Virus record (IMG/VR): IMGVR_UViG_3300018019_000014
Location: 1-52,166 of that record
Strand: one strand, 5' to 3'
DNA length: 52,166 nucleotides
Origin: a virus
Lineage: Duplodnaviria > Caudoviricetes
The position numbers were made by a program, and so were the translations under genes. This document shows positions 1-8,216 of the stretch, piece by piece. A model generated the notes under the pieces. The model made no database searches, was not told the DNA's origin, and was given only the letters and a program-made list of their open reading frames with translations. Numbering within the stretch: position 1 is the stretch's first letter; each line of letters starts with the position of its first letter.

Positions 1-123
1 CCTTGCGATGTTTCAAACGCGAAGCTACTGCCTTTGAGTGTCTGCCACGCTTTCACCGCAGCACGGATCACTTCGGCGGGCGCCTCAGTGTACCACGATC
101 CAGTTTCGTTGAGAGGGCAAGCG
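1..123. repeat. Terminal direct repeat (left copy), assembly overlap of a circular genome
   Basis: 1-123 identical to 52044-52166 (CCTTGCGATG...GAGGGCAAGCG). Confidence 0.97.
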
Positions 124-554
124 ACGCACACCGCCGCCCGTTTCTCGGCAAGTTCCCGGCTGACCGGGTTGCCGCCGGCCCCGAGCCAGTCTAGCACGAC
201 CGCCGTGCCCTGCGCCGCCCGTTTGATGCCCCACATCGCGCCGCGGCTATCACCCGCCGCCGCAACAACCCCCATAGCGGACGGGAACGCGCTGAGGGCC
301 AACGGAAAAGGGCTAGGGGGGTCCTCCCGAATCCCCAGTCGCTTGCGGGTGAAGGCCTCAAGCTCGAATGCAATCTGTGCCGGGTCCGTTGCCAGGTGCG
401 CCTTGGCGGTGATCGCCGGGTTCGCCTTCCGATGGCTGCGAATGAGGTTGACGGTTTGGTCGAAAGTTGATCCGAGCGGGGTCGGCGCCGTCCAGCCGGT
501 CTCGGGCTGCCTGAACTGCCACCCTCCCGCTGGGAATTCATGTCGATTAAGCAT
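1..554 (-). CDS. N-terminal part of a ~232-aa Cys-motif protein spanning the circular junction (continues at 52043->51899)
   Basis: ATG at 554 overlaps the terminase stop; MLNRHEFPAGGWQFRQPETGW...CVACPLN is in frame with ORF 51899..52114 (CAVCKC...HCW). Confidence 0.8.
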   Translation of the reverse strand, partial: MLNRHEFPAGGWQFRQPETGWTAPTPLGSTFDQTVNLIRSHRKANPAITAKAHLATDPAQIAFELEAFTRKRLGIREDPPSPFPLALSAFPSAMGVVAAAGDSRGAMWGIKRAAQGTAVVLDWLGAGGNPVSRELAEKRAAVCVACPLNETGSWYTEAPAEVIRAAVKAWQTLKGSSFAFETSQ

Positions 555-2367
555 AAGAAATCTCAGTTTTTCGCATAATTTCTCGATGTCTGGCAATCTC
601 TTTCTCGAGCCAGTCCTCATCGGCGGTGGTCTTGGGCGCATCCCCTGGGTGCGCACTCTCGATGACGAAGCCCAAACGGCGCGCGCCCTCCACGGCGATC
701 ATCACGCTGTCCGAGTGGTTAGGGGACTGATTCTGGTTGCGCTGCTTGTACTCCGCCTTGGTTTCCAACTCATGCCGGTCCCCATAGACGAACCGGGTTT
801 CCCTCTTTTGGAACTCCTCGGCTGCCAGGAGCGGGAAGCCCCGCGCCTGCCCCGCCTCCACAAGCGCCCGCACCATGAACGCGAGTTCCGAAACGAATTT
901 GGAGTAGTGCTCATAGCAGGTTTTCAACCGTCGCGCCTTGGTTTTCTCGTCAAACACGAACAGGTCATTCGACACAGGACGCTGAGTTGCTGGCCCGCCG
1001 AAGTTGATGGCGTTGACAGCCGGGCTCATAATCCGGGAGAACGCGACGGCCAACGTCGCCCGCATCCCGCATTCCACGAACACATTCGCATCGGGAACGC
1101 CGAGCATGTTACAATCCGCCTTGGCGAATGTGGCGATCTGGTCCTCTGCCGTCACGCCGACGCCGACGCGCACCGGGATAATTTTCTGCTCCCGAAACAG
1201 GATCACTTCCTGACCCCCGACTTCCCCGCCGCATTCAATGAACGTGGACACGCACGGGTCGCCGCCGAAGCCTGCATCGATCCCGTACACCTTGAGCGAG
1301 GGCGTCTGGCTCCAAATGCAGGACTTGAACCCGCCGCACAATTCGACCATTTCCACGGTCAGCACGCGATCGCTGATGACGCCCGCTTTACGCACGCCCA
1401 TGATCAACGACCACCATTCCACGGAGTCTTTGCCTCCCGGCCGCGCCGCAACGCTGTCCACATCCTTCTGGTCAATCAGGTAGGGGTAGTGGTTGCGCGT
1501 CGCCTCGTCAAAATTGGGGGAGTCGATCCCCACTAGGTTGATCGTGACGCCGTTGTACTTGTTCCGCCACGTCGTTGTCTTGGTGATCTCGCCCTGGCTG
1601 CCCCACCCTTCTTTCGGTTCGGACACAGCATCGAGGGCCTTGCCGTTCATCGCAATCGGATTACCTAGGAGGGCGCAACGAAAGTCCCCTTTGTCCATCG
1701 CATCAATCACTTTCAGAAAGTCCACAGAGACAAACTGAGTTTCGTCGGCAAAAAGCCGCCGGCGTGTTTGCTTGATGCCCGCCCAGTTTTTTAGGGCCAT
1801 TCCCTGATATTCATTTTGGCTATTGAGGAGAGGGATGCCAATGATCCCCTTGTTCATCACGCGAATGTCGTCGTCCTCTCGGTCTTTGCTGAGTTCATCA
1901 GTGAATAGACCGTGTTTGGCATCCACCACGTTTCCAGGCAAATCAGGCCATCGGTCCCGCGCTCGCCGAAACAGATTCTTAATATCGCCCCACACCCGCA
2001 TTTCCAAACCCTGAATCGTGGTGGATGTCATCAAGATCAAAGTTTGCTCAGGGAAAGCCCAGTAATCAAGGAGGCCGATTTTGCTGATGGTTCTCGTTTT
2101 TCCAGAGTCGCGGGGGCCGGTGATAATGGAGATTCGTTCGGCGAGATAAGTCTGGAGAATCAGATCCGACCATCGGTGTCGGTCGTCCTCTGGCCAAGCG
2201 AGGGCCATGGCGGTCGTGAAGTGATAAAAAAGCCCCTTACCGAATTCGCTGAATACGTCGGGGCTGGTAGTCGCCATCGCAATCATTTGCAGTTCCACAT
2301 CCATCGGTGGAATGTCATCAGGCCAGATTAGTCCATAAATCAGTTGGCTCATTGTCTTCGTCGGCAT
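547..2367 (-). CDS. terL: Terminase large subunit
   Basis: Walker A GPRDSGKT, Walker B LFADE, coupling motif LGNP, RNase H-like GIDAGFGGD and SPNHSDS; start moved to MPTKTMSQ. Confidence 0.9.
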   Translation of the reverse strand: MPTKTMSQLIYGLIWPDDIPPMDVELQMIAMATTSPDVFSEFGKGLFYHFTTAMALAWPEDDRHRWSDLILQTYLAERISIITGPRDSGKTRTISKIGLLDYWAFPEQTLILMTSTTIQGLEMRVWGDIKNLFRRARDRWPDLPGNVVDAKHGLFTDELSKDREDDDIRVMNKGIIGIPLLNSQNEYQGMALKNWAGIKQTRRRLFADETQFVSVDFLKVIDAMDKGDFRCALLGNPIAMNGKALDAVSEPKEGWGSQGEITKTTTWRNKYNGVTINLVGIDSPNFDEATRNHYPYLIDQKDVDSVAARPGGKDSVEWWSLIMGVRKAGVISDRVLTVEMVELCGGFKSCIWSQTPSLKVYGIDAGFGGDPCVSTFIECGGEVGGQEVILFREQKIIPVRVGVGVTAEDQIATFAKADCNMLGVPDANVFVECGMRATLAVAFSRIMSPAVNAINFGGPATQRPVSNDLFVFDEKTKARRLKTCYEHYSKFVSELAFMVRALVEAGQARGFPLLAAEEFQKRETRFVYGDRHELETKAEYKQRNQNQSPNHSDSVMIAVEGARRLGFVIESAHPGDAPKTTADEDWLEKEIARHREIMRKTEISYA

Positions 2368-2473
2368 CGCGCTTCGGGTCGGGTGCGGAATTTTCGAGGG
2401 CCTTGCCCTTGTTGGCAATGGGATTGCCGCTTCAATGGGGCCGCATCCTTCCCGAAGCGCAAAATCTTGAACA

Positions 2474-3043
2474 TCATTTTCGTTGCCAGGGTTCGAGGTA
2501 GGGCACGCCGCAGATTTCAAAAAACTCCCGCTCGCTGTTGCAGGGAATGGCGTCGCCTGTCGCCGCGTTCTCAAGGGCCGGCTCGCGGTACGCGTGGACC
2601 AGAATGCCCCGCCCTTTGGCCGACTGGATGAGTCGGATGTTGAGTTCCTTTGGCCCGGTCCGAATCACGAGGGATCTCCACCAGCCGCTCGCCGTCGTTG
2701 CGAACAGATCCACAGGTATTCCGCTGGCGACGTGGATGGCCAGTTTATTTTGAGATCCCCAGGTAAACAGGCCGGTCTTGCTCGGACGCTGGGCGAGCAC
2801 ATTCACAAAAGCCAGATGCTCTACTGCATCATCGACTTGGCTGTGCTCGTCGGGAAAGAGAAAAGCCGACCCCTGGGTTCCCATCTTCGGCACGAACAGA
2901 ATCTCAATGTCGCCCACCATCGGCTTGCGGCGCCGGATGCTCCCGGCGATCTCAATGCGCTCGCAGTGCGACGCGAGCGCCTGACGAAGCTCCTGGGCGA
3001 CGTTAAGCGCCTTTGCCAGCGGGAATTTGGGCCGGTTACTCAT
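2474..3043 (-). CDS. Minimal DNA polymerase X-family nucleotidyltransferase
   Basis: IAGSIRRRK...GDIEIL, PVDLF, RTGP, SEREFF..G.PY.EPWQR match PolX palm/thumb motifs; no lyase or PHP domain. Confidence 0.8.
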   Translation of the reverse strand: MSNRPKFPLAKALNVAQELRQALASHCERIEIAGSIRRRKPMVGDIEILFVPKMGTQGSAFLFPDEHSQVDDAVEHLAFVNVLAQRPSKTGLFTWGSQNKLAIHVASGIPVDLFATTASGWWRSLVIRTGPKELNIRLIQSAKGRGILVHAYREPALENAATGDAIPCNSEREFFEICGVPYLEPWQRK

Positions 3044-3047
3044 GGCG

Positions 3048-3347
3048 CTATGCGTCGTCGTCCTCTTCCTCGGCAGTCGTGGCGTGCTTCACCTTCACCT
3101 TGTCCTGGCCGGGCTTAAGGATCACGATCTCGTCGTCGTAGGTGTAGATGCGGTCGCCGTCGCCGTTGGCTGACAGATCCTTGGCGTGCTTCTGCATAAC
3201 GGTGAGGAGAGCGGTCTTGGCTGTCGTCAGTTGCTCGCCGAGTTTTTGCCAGCGCTCGCGCAACTTGACGTACGCTTCCGCCGCGTCTTCGATGTCGCTG
3301 ATTGTGGGTTTTTCAGTCCCGGGAATTTCAAGTTGGGTTCTTGGCAT
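3048..3347 (-). CDS. Hypothetical protein (coiled coil, acidic tail)
   Basis: 99-aa ORF downstream of a leftward TTGACA promoter, abutting PolX. Confidence 0.7.
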   Translation of the reverse strand: MPRTQLEIPGTEKPTISDIEDAAEAYVKLRERWQKLGEQLTTAKTALLTVMQKHAKDLSANGDGDRIYTYDDEIVILKPGQDKVKVKHATTAEEEDDDA

Positions 3348-3394
3348 AAATATTGGGGATTTCAGTCGTTATTGGTGTTTGCAGTTTCGGTCAC

Positions 3395-3482
3395 TGGGAG
3401 AGTTTCGCAAATCGAGCGGCGGTTGTCAATATCTTTTTTTTGATTTTTCTTGTTGACAAATTATCCGATTTGTGAAAATCTT
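3395..3482. promoter_or_regulatory. Back-to-back sigma70-like promoters
   Basis: TTGACA on both strands (TGTCAA ~3424, TTGACA ~3453) flanking a T-tract, each with a GAAAAT/GAAACT-like -10; lies between divergent genes. Confidence 0.6.
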
Positions 3483-3487
3483 GCGTC

Positions 3488-3664
3488 ATGCCGAAGAAAA
3501 GAGCAACCCAAACGGTGAGATTGGACGCCAAACTTCACCAGTCCCTCAAGAGCGTGGCTTCCGGCTTGGGGATTAAACTGGAACAAGCCATCGAGGAGTC
3601 CGTGGTGTGGTGGATTGGACAGAACAAACTCAGGGCCCTCAAGGCGCTGAAAGGAGCGCGATAA
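3488..3664 (+). CDS. Ribbon-helix-helix (Arc/CopG-like) DNA-binding protein, 58 aa
   Basis: Not in ORF track; MPKKRATQTVRLDAKLHQSLKSVASGLGIKLEQAIEESVVWW has the RHH pattern; TAATG coupling to next gene. Confidence 0.7.
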   Translation: MPKKRATQTVRLDAKLHQSLKSVASGLGIKLEQAIEESVVWWIGQNKLRALKALKGAR

Positions 3665-3912
3665 TGTTCGCCATCGTCAACAGAATCGCGACTGAGGACG
3701 GGCAGGTGTTTGAGAGCATCGATGCCGCACGGCAACATGAACTGCTGGCAATCGCCAAAGACAGCGGCGCCAGCATTCCAGAATTCATCGTTCGCAACTG
3801 GCCGAAGATTCTTGAGATCATGACGGCCGAGCCTGGGAAGGCGAAGCCCAAGCCCCGGAAGCGGCGCTCGGACTTCGGGACCAAGCGCGCGCCAAAGACA
3901 CAACCATGCTAA
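3664..3912 (+). CDS. Hypothetical protein with basic C-terminus
   Basis: GAAAGGAG RBS; MFAIVNRIATEDGQVF...RKRRSDFGTKR. Confidence 0.65.
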   Translation: MFAIVNRIATEDGQVFESIDAARQHELLAIAKDSGASIPEFIVRNWPKILEIMTAEPGKAKPKPRKRRSDFGTKRAPKTQPC

Positions 3913-4265
3913 CCGCCAATGATCTCACGTTCGACGATTTGAGAATCGTCAACGTGACTCGATGCGAGAGGTTCTTTCACCCTCTGAACGATTGGACTCC
4001 TGCGGAGTGGGCCTGTGCCGTGGCTGGTGAGGCGGGCGAGGTTTGCAACGCCGTCAAGAAGCTGCGGCGGGTCAGGGACGGAACGAACACCTCCAAAGAC
4101 CCGCAAAGCGAAGCGGAGGCTGTGGCCGCCATCGCTGATGAACTCGCCGACACGATCATCTACTGCGATCTGTTAGCCGCGCGTCTTGGCATCCACCTCA
4201 ACGATGCCGTTCGGAAGAAGTTCAATGAGGTTTCTGACCGGATGCGGTGTCACATCAAATTATGA
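3906..4265 (+). CDS. MazG-like nucleotide pyrophosphohydrolase
   Basis: GEAGEVCNAVKK and DELAD motifs, KKFN C-terminus. Confidence 0.85.
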   Translation: MLTANDLTFDDLRIVNVTRCERFFHPLNDWTPAEWACAVAGEAGEVCNAVKKLRRVRDGTNTSKDPQSEAEAVAAIADELADTIIYCDLLAARLGIHLNDAVRKKFNEVSDRMRCHIKL

Positions 4266-5449
4266 GCGTGCGCATCATCAACTCCGACTGGATCTCCGGC
4301 CTCAAAACTCTGCCTGACCAAAGCGTTCACTGCGTCGTGACGTCACCGCCTTACTGGAGACTCCGGGATTATTCGGCGTGTTCCTGCATCCAGATTCGGC
4401 CCCGGGAGCAGAGCGGCATTGCCCTGGTGCCGCGTGGCGAACATCTGCCAACAACTCGGGAGCCGTCCGAAGTCCATGCCAAGCCCGAGCCGAACCCAAA
4501 CTGTCCCAAGTGCCACGGCATGGGCAAGAATGAGGCGGTTAACAGGGCACAGTTGGGTCAGGAAAAAACGCTGGCGGATTATATCGAAAAGCTCGTCGCC
4601 GGTTTCAGGGAGGTCCGCCGTGTTTTGCGCGATGATGGCCTGTGCATCATCAACCTGGGGGATGGCCACGCCAGCGCCGCGAAGAAGTGGGGAGGCAGCC
4701 AGGGCAATCTGCCCTGCAAGCAAAACACCAATCGGGGCAGTCGCCACGCCGCAAAGGTCGAAATGCCGGAAGAGATCGGCTACAAAGACCTGCTCTTGAT
4801 TCCATTCCGACTCGCGCTTGCCCTCCAAAGCGACAGGTGGGTTCTTCGTAGCGTCATTCCGTGGATCGCGCCCAACAAAATGCCCGAGTCAGTCGAGGAC
4901 CGGCCAACCTGCCAGATTGAGTATTTCTTGATGTTGACGAAATCGGAGCGGTACTACTGGGACCGCTGCGCCGTGATGAAGGAATGCGCCGCCGCAACCT
5001 TACCCGAGATCGAACCTGATTACCTGGGCGCGGGTGTTAAAGACTACGCGGGGGCGGGCGCACAAGACCCGAGCGACAGCAAACGCCGCATGGTCGAGGC
5101 TCTACGGCGCAATGGCGGACAGGCCAATCGCCGGACAACGGACTGGCTAATTGAATCATGGCGGGGCCTGATTCACGATGGCACCGGCAACCCATTGGCC
5201 ATCTTGGTCAACACCGCTGGCAGCAAGACGAAGCACACAGCCACCTTTCCGCCGAAACTCATTGAGCCGTTTATCCGGGCCGGCTGTCCATCGGGCGGCA
5301 CCGTCCTCGACCCCTTCGCCGGCAGCTTTACTACCTGCCAAGTCGCCGTGGAAAACGGCCGGGACGCCATCGGGATCGAACTCTCTCCTGAATACTGCCA
5401 ACTCGGCCGAGAACGCCTTGGACTATTCGCGCCCCAACCCGTTGCTTGA
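4262..5449 (+). CDS. DNA N4-cytosine/N6-adenine methyltransferase (beta class)
   Basis: VTSPPYW catalytic motif, HTATFP, VLDPFAGSFTT SAM motif, GIEL. Confidence 0.9.
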   Translation: MSVRIINSDWISGLKTLPDQSVHCVVTSPPYWRLRDYSACSCIQIRPREQSGIALVPRGEHLPTTREPSEVHAKPEPNPNCPKCHGMGKNEAVNRAQLGQEKTLADYIEKLVAGFREVRRVLRDDGLCIINLGDGHASAAKKWGGSQGNLPCKQNTNRGSRHAAKVEMPEEIGYKDLLLIPFRLALALQSDRWVLRSVIPWIAPNKMPESVEDRPTCQIEYFLMLTKSERYYWDRCAVMKECAAATLPEIEPDYLGAGVKDYAGAGAQDPSDSKRRMVEALRRNGGQANRRTTDWLIESWRGLIHDGTGNPLAILVNTAGSKTKHTATFPPKLIEPFIRAGCPSGGTVLDPFAGSFTTCQVAVENGRDAIGIELSPEYCQLGRERLGLFAPQPVA

Positions 5450-5480
5450 CGCCCATCGTGATACTTAACGCAAACCCGAC

Positions 5481-5807
5481 ATGCCCCTCCTCACCTTCGC
5501 TCACTACCACAACGGATTGCCCGGCTACTGGCGCGATGAGAAATCCGGCCTGCCTGCCGAAGTCGAGGCGTTTATCTCTCACCGCGCCGCTCAGGGGCCA
5601 GAACCGTCGCCTGACCAGCTTCGCCGCCTTTGCAGCTATATCCAGTACTTTGTGAACGCTCCGCGTTGGGAAGAAAACTGCTCCCAAGACGAGGGAATGC
5701 TGGCCGAGCTTCACCAACTCAAGGCGCGTGCCCAGACCCTCGCCAGCGCCGAATCGATCCACCGTTGGCTCGAGGAAGCGATGGACCTGGGCCTGGACCC
5801 GATCTGA
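5481..5807 (+). CDS. Hypothetical protein
   Basis: 108-aa ORF within the operon, natural composition. Confidence 0.65.
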   Translation: MPLLTFAHYHNGLPGYWRDEKSGLPAEVEAFISHRAAQGPEPSPDQLRRLCSYIQYFVNAPRWEENCSQDEGMLAELHQLKARAQTLASAESIHRWLEEAMDLGLDPI

Positions 5808-5810
5808 ACC

Positions 5811-6413
5811 ATGAGCACCCTGCGATCCGTCGCCATCCTCTTCGCCGACCGCAACTCGATCTACAAGACCCTACCCGGTTGCGACGTCTACGACATCGAC
5901 CGCGACGCCCGCACGTTCCCCGGAGGAATGCCGGTCGTGGCGTATCCACCATGCCGGACCTGGGGAAAGTTGGCCTGCCGCGCTAAGGCCCCGCTTGATG
6001 AACACGGATTGGCCTTGTGGGCGATTGAGACAACGCGCCGCAACGGAGGCGTGGTTGAACATCCGGCGACAAGCCGGTTGTGGTGTGAGTCTGGAATTCC
6101 CTGGCTTGGCGAACGTGATAAATGGGGGGGTTATGCTTTCCCCCTGTTGCAGTGGTGGTTTGGACACCTGGCCGAAAAGGCGACTCGTGTATATGTGGTT
6201 GGGGTTGAGCCGAAGGATCTTCCGCGCTTCCAACTGCGCATCGGCGAACCCAGTCACGTCGTATCATCGGGCTATTCGCATGGGGGAAGCCGGGGCCATG
6301 GACATCGTAGCGACAAGCCCGAAGTGAATAAGCGCGAGCGTAGTGCCACCCCGCCCGCCTTCGCCGAATGGCTGGTAGAAGTTGCCCGCCGCTGCCACGT
6401 CACTGCCCCGTAG
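5811..6413 (+). CDS. Short C5-cytosine methyltransferase-like protein
   Basis: YPPCRTW (motif IV), VVEHP (motif VI), QWWFGH.AEKAT (motif VIII), RSATP; SAM motif I degenerate. Confidence 0.65.
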   Translation: MSTLRSVAILFADRNSIYKTLPGCDVYDIDRDARTFPGGMPVVAYPPCRTWGKLACRAKAPLDEHGLALWAIETTRRNGGVVEHPATSRLWCESGIPWLGERDKWGGYAFPLLQWWFGHLAEKATRVYVVGVEPKDLPRFQLRIGEPSHVVSSGYSHGGSRGHGHRSDKPEVNKRERSATPPAFAEWLVEVARRCHVTAP

Positions 6414-6792
6414 GCGGACCAAGGGACCTTGCCTCCTCGGGCCCAACCGCAATGTCCCCGCGTGCTGCGTGCGCTGCCGCCACTTCCGGTTCCACGGCCG
6501 CCGCCACTGCGCGGGTGACCGGGACAGCCGCCGCGGGCGCCCTCACCCCAACGTCCAGATGCACCCGACGCGCCTTGGGCGCCGCTTCTACCGCCAACGC
6601 CGCAGTCAGCGCCGCTGCCGCCGCTCCCGTTCTCAACGCATCCTCCCTTTGCAACGTCTCTACCCCAACCCGCAGCGCCATGTCGCCCATCGCGGTCAGG
6701 CTCAGCGCCGAGTATCTTCCGACCCGCAGCTTGTCCAACGACTCCCGATTCTCATCGGAAATCCGAAATTGTCCCATCTCTTTTTCTGCCAT
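6400..6792 (-). CDS. Putative repressor (RHH-like N-terminus, Ala-rich tail)
   Basis: MAEKEMGQFRISDENRESLDKL...; divergent from the promoter at 6851. Confidence 0.5.
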   Translation of the reverse strand: MAEKEMGQFRISDENRESLDKLRVGRYSALSLTAMGDMALRVGVETLQREDALRTGAAAAALTAALAVEAAPKARRVHLDVGVRAPAAAVPVTRAVAAAVEPEVAAAHAARGDIAVGPEEARSLGPPTGQ

Positions 6793-6850
6793 ATCCAGAA
6801 TGATTACAATTCGCACCAAATCCCGGCAAGAAAAAAATTCAGTTTTCCTG

Positions 6851-6879
6851 TTGACATCCCGGCCAAGTCATCGTAAAAA
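6851..6879 (+). promoter_or_regulatory. sigma70-like promoter with TCCCGGC(C)AAG repeats as possible operators
   Basis: TTGACA-17 bp-TAAAAA; TCCCGGCAAG at 6821 and TCCCGGCCAAG at 6857. Confidence 0.6.
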
Positions 6880-6885
6880 CCGATT

Positions 6886-7300
6886 ATGGACCGGCAGTCC
6901 TCTGCAACATCGGCTTTGACGATTTCGGCCCCCAGCGGGCCGGAAGCTTGGATGTTGCAATCCATCTCGCCCCTCGGTTCTGCCGGACCGGGGGGCAACT
7001 CTTTCCCCGTCCCTCTTCGGCGTCTGAGACTTAATCCGGGCAGGACCGATAACGGGGAATCCTTTTCGCGGGCAGGCCAGCACCAGCCGTGGCGGCCGGA
7101 ACGCGGTGAACGCCGAAAGGCAATGGAGACCTTATCAACGCCCCAATGCAGTAACGGAACGAGCCAGAGCAGGCCATCTCCTGCGCGGCCCGTGAAGATA
7201 ACGGTAAGTGCGGGGCAATATCGAAACCCGGCCGCGCGGGACGGCCTGACCGGGAAGCCCCGGCAATGGGCCAGATCAGCCCAATCCCGCATCCCCTTCC
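6886..7300 (+). ncRNA. Candidate large structured non-coding RNA
   Basis: Several nested complementary segments, a GNRA hairpin, its own promoter, no convincing ORF. Confidence 0.45.
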
Positions 7301-7366
7301 CATGAGCCGCGCCCAGAACAATCGCAACCGCCGCTCTCCAAAACGCATCCGACCGACGTTTCGAGA

Positions 7367-7864
7367 TCATCCCGCCGGCCTCTCCAAATCTCGCTGCAAC
7401 ACGTTTAGCGCCTGCACAGATTGCTTGACCGCCTCGTGTGCCCCCTCCAATTCCACTGCCTCCGCTGGCGTGGGCTCTCGTAGTGCCACGCGCTTCTTCT
7501 CCCGTTCCCGCCTCTTTGCCTCTCGATTCTGTCGCCGCCGTTCATCCTCATCCCGAATCCCCCGATACTTCGCCCCGTTCACCACCTGGTATCCAAACCG
7601 ACTCACCGAAATCAGTCGCTTCCCCTGATGCCCTGGCGTCGTCGTGTCAGGGTCCGGCTCGCATAGCACTTTTATCGCCTCCTCAATCCTCTGCTCCTCT
7701 TCACCGATAATTGCAGCCAATAATCTCGGGTTCAACTCCACGTAGCTCCCAAGTTCCCGGTCTGGCTTCTGGTTCGCTATGACATAGGACATCACCGCAA
7801 ATACATGCGCCCCTGCCCCAACCAGACTCCCGGTGAATAATGACTCGAAAATCTTGCCGTACAT
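7367..7864 (-). CDS. Phage replication-initiator N-terminal (winged-helix-like) domain protein
   Basis: MYGKIFESLFTGSLVG...L..PDPDT..G.RL....YQVVN..KYR.IR...RRRQNRE.KRR.R, the pattern of phage O-like initiator N-termini. Confidence 0.7.
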   Translation of the reverse strand: MYGKIFESLFTGSLVGAGAHVFAVMSYVIANQKPDRELGSYVELNPRLLAAIIGEEEQRIEEAIKVLCEPDPDTTTPGHQGKRLISVSRFGYQVVNGAKYRGIRDEDERRRQNREAKRREREKKRVALREPTPAEAVELEGAHEAVKQSVQALNVLQRDLERPAG

Positions 7865-7920
7865 GCCCCACTTTCTTAACCCTTCCCCACCCTGTCAAGA
7901 AAAATGATGACGTATTCCCA

Positions 7921-7950
7921 TGTCAGCCGAAGTCAGCCCAAGTCAGCCCA
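7921..7950 (+). repeat. Iteron-like 10-bp tandem repeat x3
   Basis: TGTCAGCCGA AGTCAGCCCA AGTCAGCCCA. Confidence 0.65.
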
Positions 7951-8173
7951 TACAGATACAGAAGCAGTACTCTGACGCAAGCGCATCCCGGCCTCCTGCA
8001 AAAATCCCCGAAAATAGCCTCTGTGTAAAGCGGGAGATACGCCCCTGGGCATCCTCCCGGCTCCCCCTCCCCCCCCCGGCCCCGTCCCCACCCCTCTGCA
8101 AAATGAGAGCTTCCTTTGTGGGAAAACGCAGCGAAACCAGGCTGAGGCACACCCCTACATCTTGGGGCATCCA

Positions 8174-8201
8174 ACTGAATATAACATCTGTTGTCGGACG
8201 C
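8174..8201 (-). other. dif-like XerC/XerD recombination site
   Basis: GCGTCCGACAA-CAGATG-TTATATTCAGT: 11-6-11 layout; right arm matches the E. coli XerD arm TTATGTTAAAT at 8/11. Confidence 0.55.
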
Positions 8202-8216
8202 TTTCCGACGACACCA

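Noticed and set aside
1-123. Biological terminal repeat
   Set aside because: Falls in the middle of a gene; more likely assembler overlap
34-1536. 500-aa plus-strand ORF
   Set aside because: Antisense shadow of terL and the junction gene; no motifs
8055-8080. GGGNAGGG KOPS motif supporting the dif-like site
   Set aside because: Lies in a G-run on the minus strand and points away from the site locally; not counted as support
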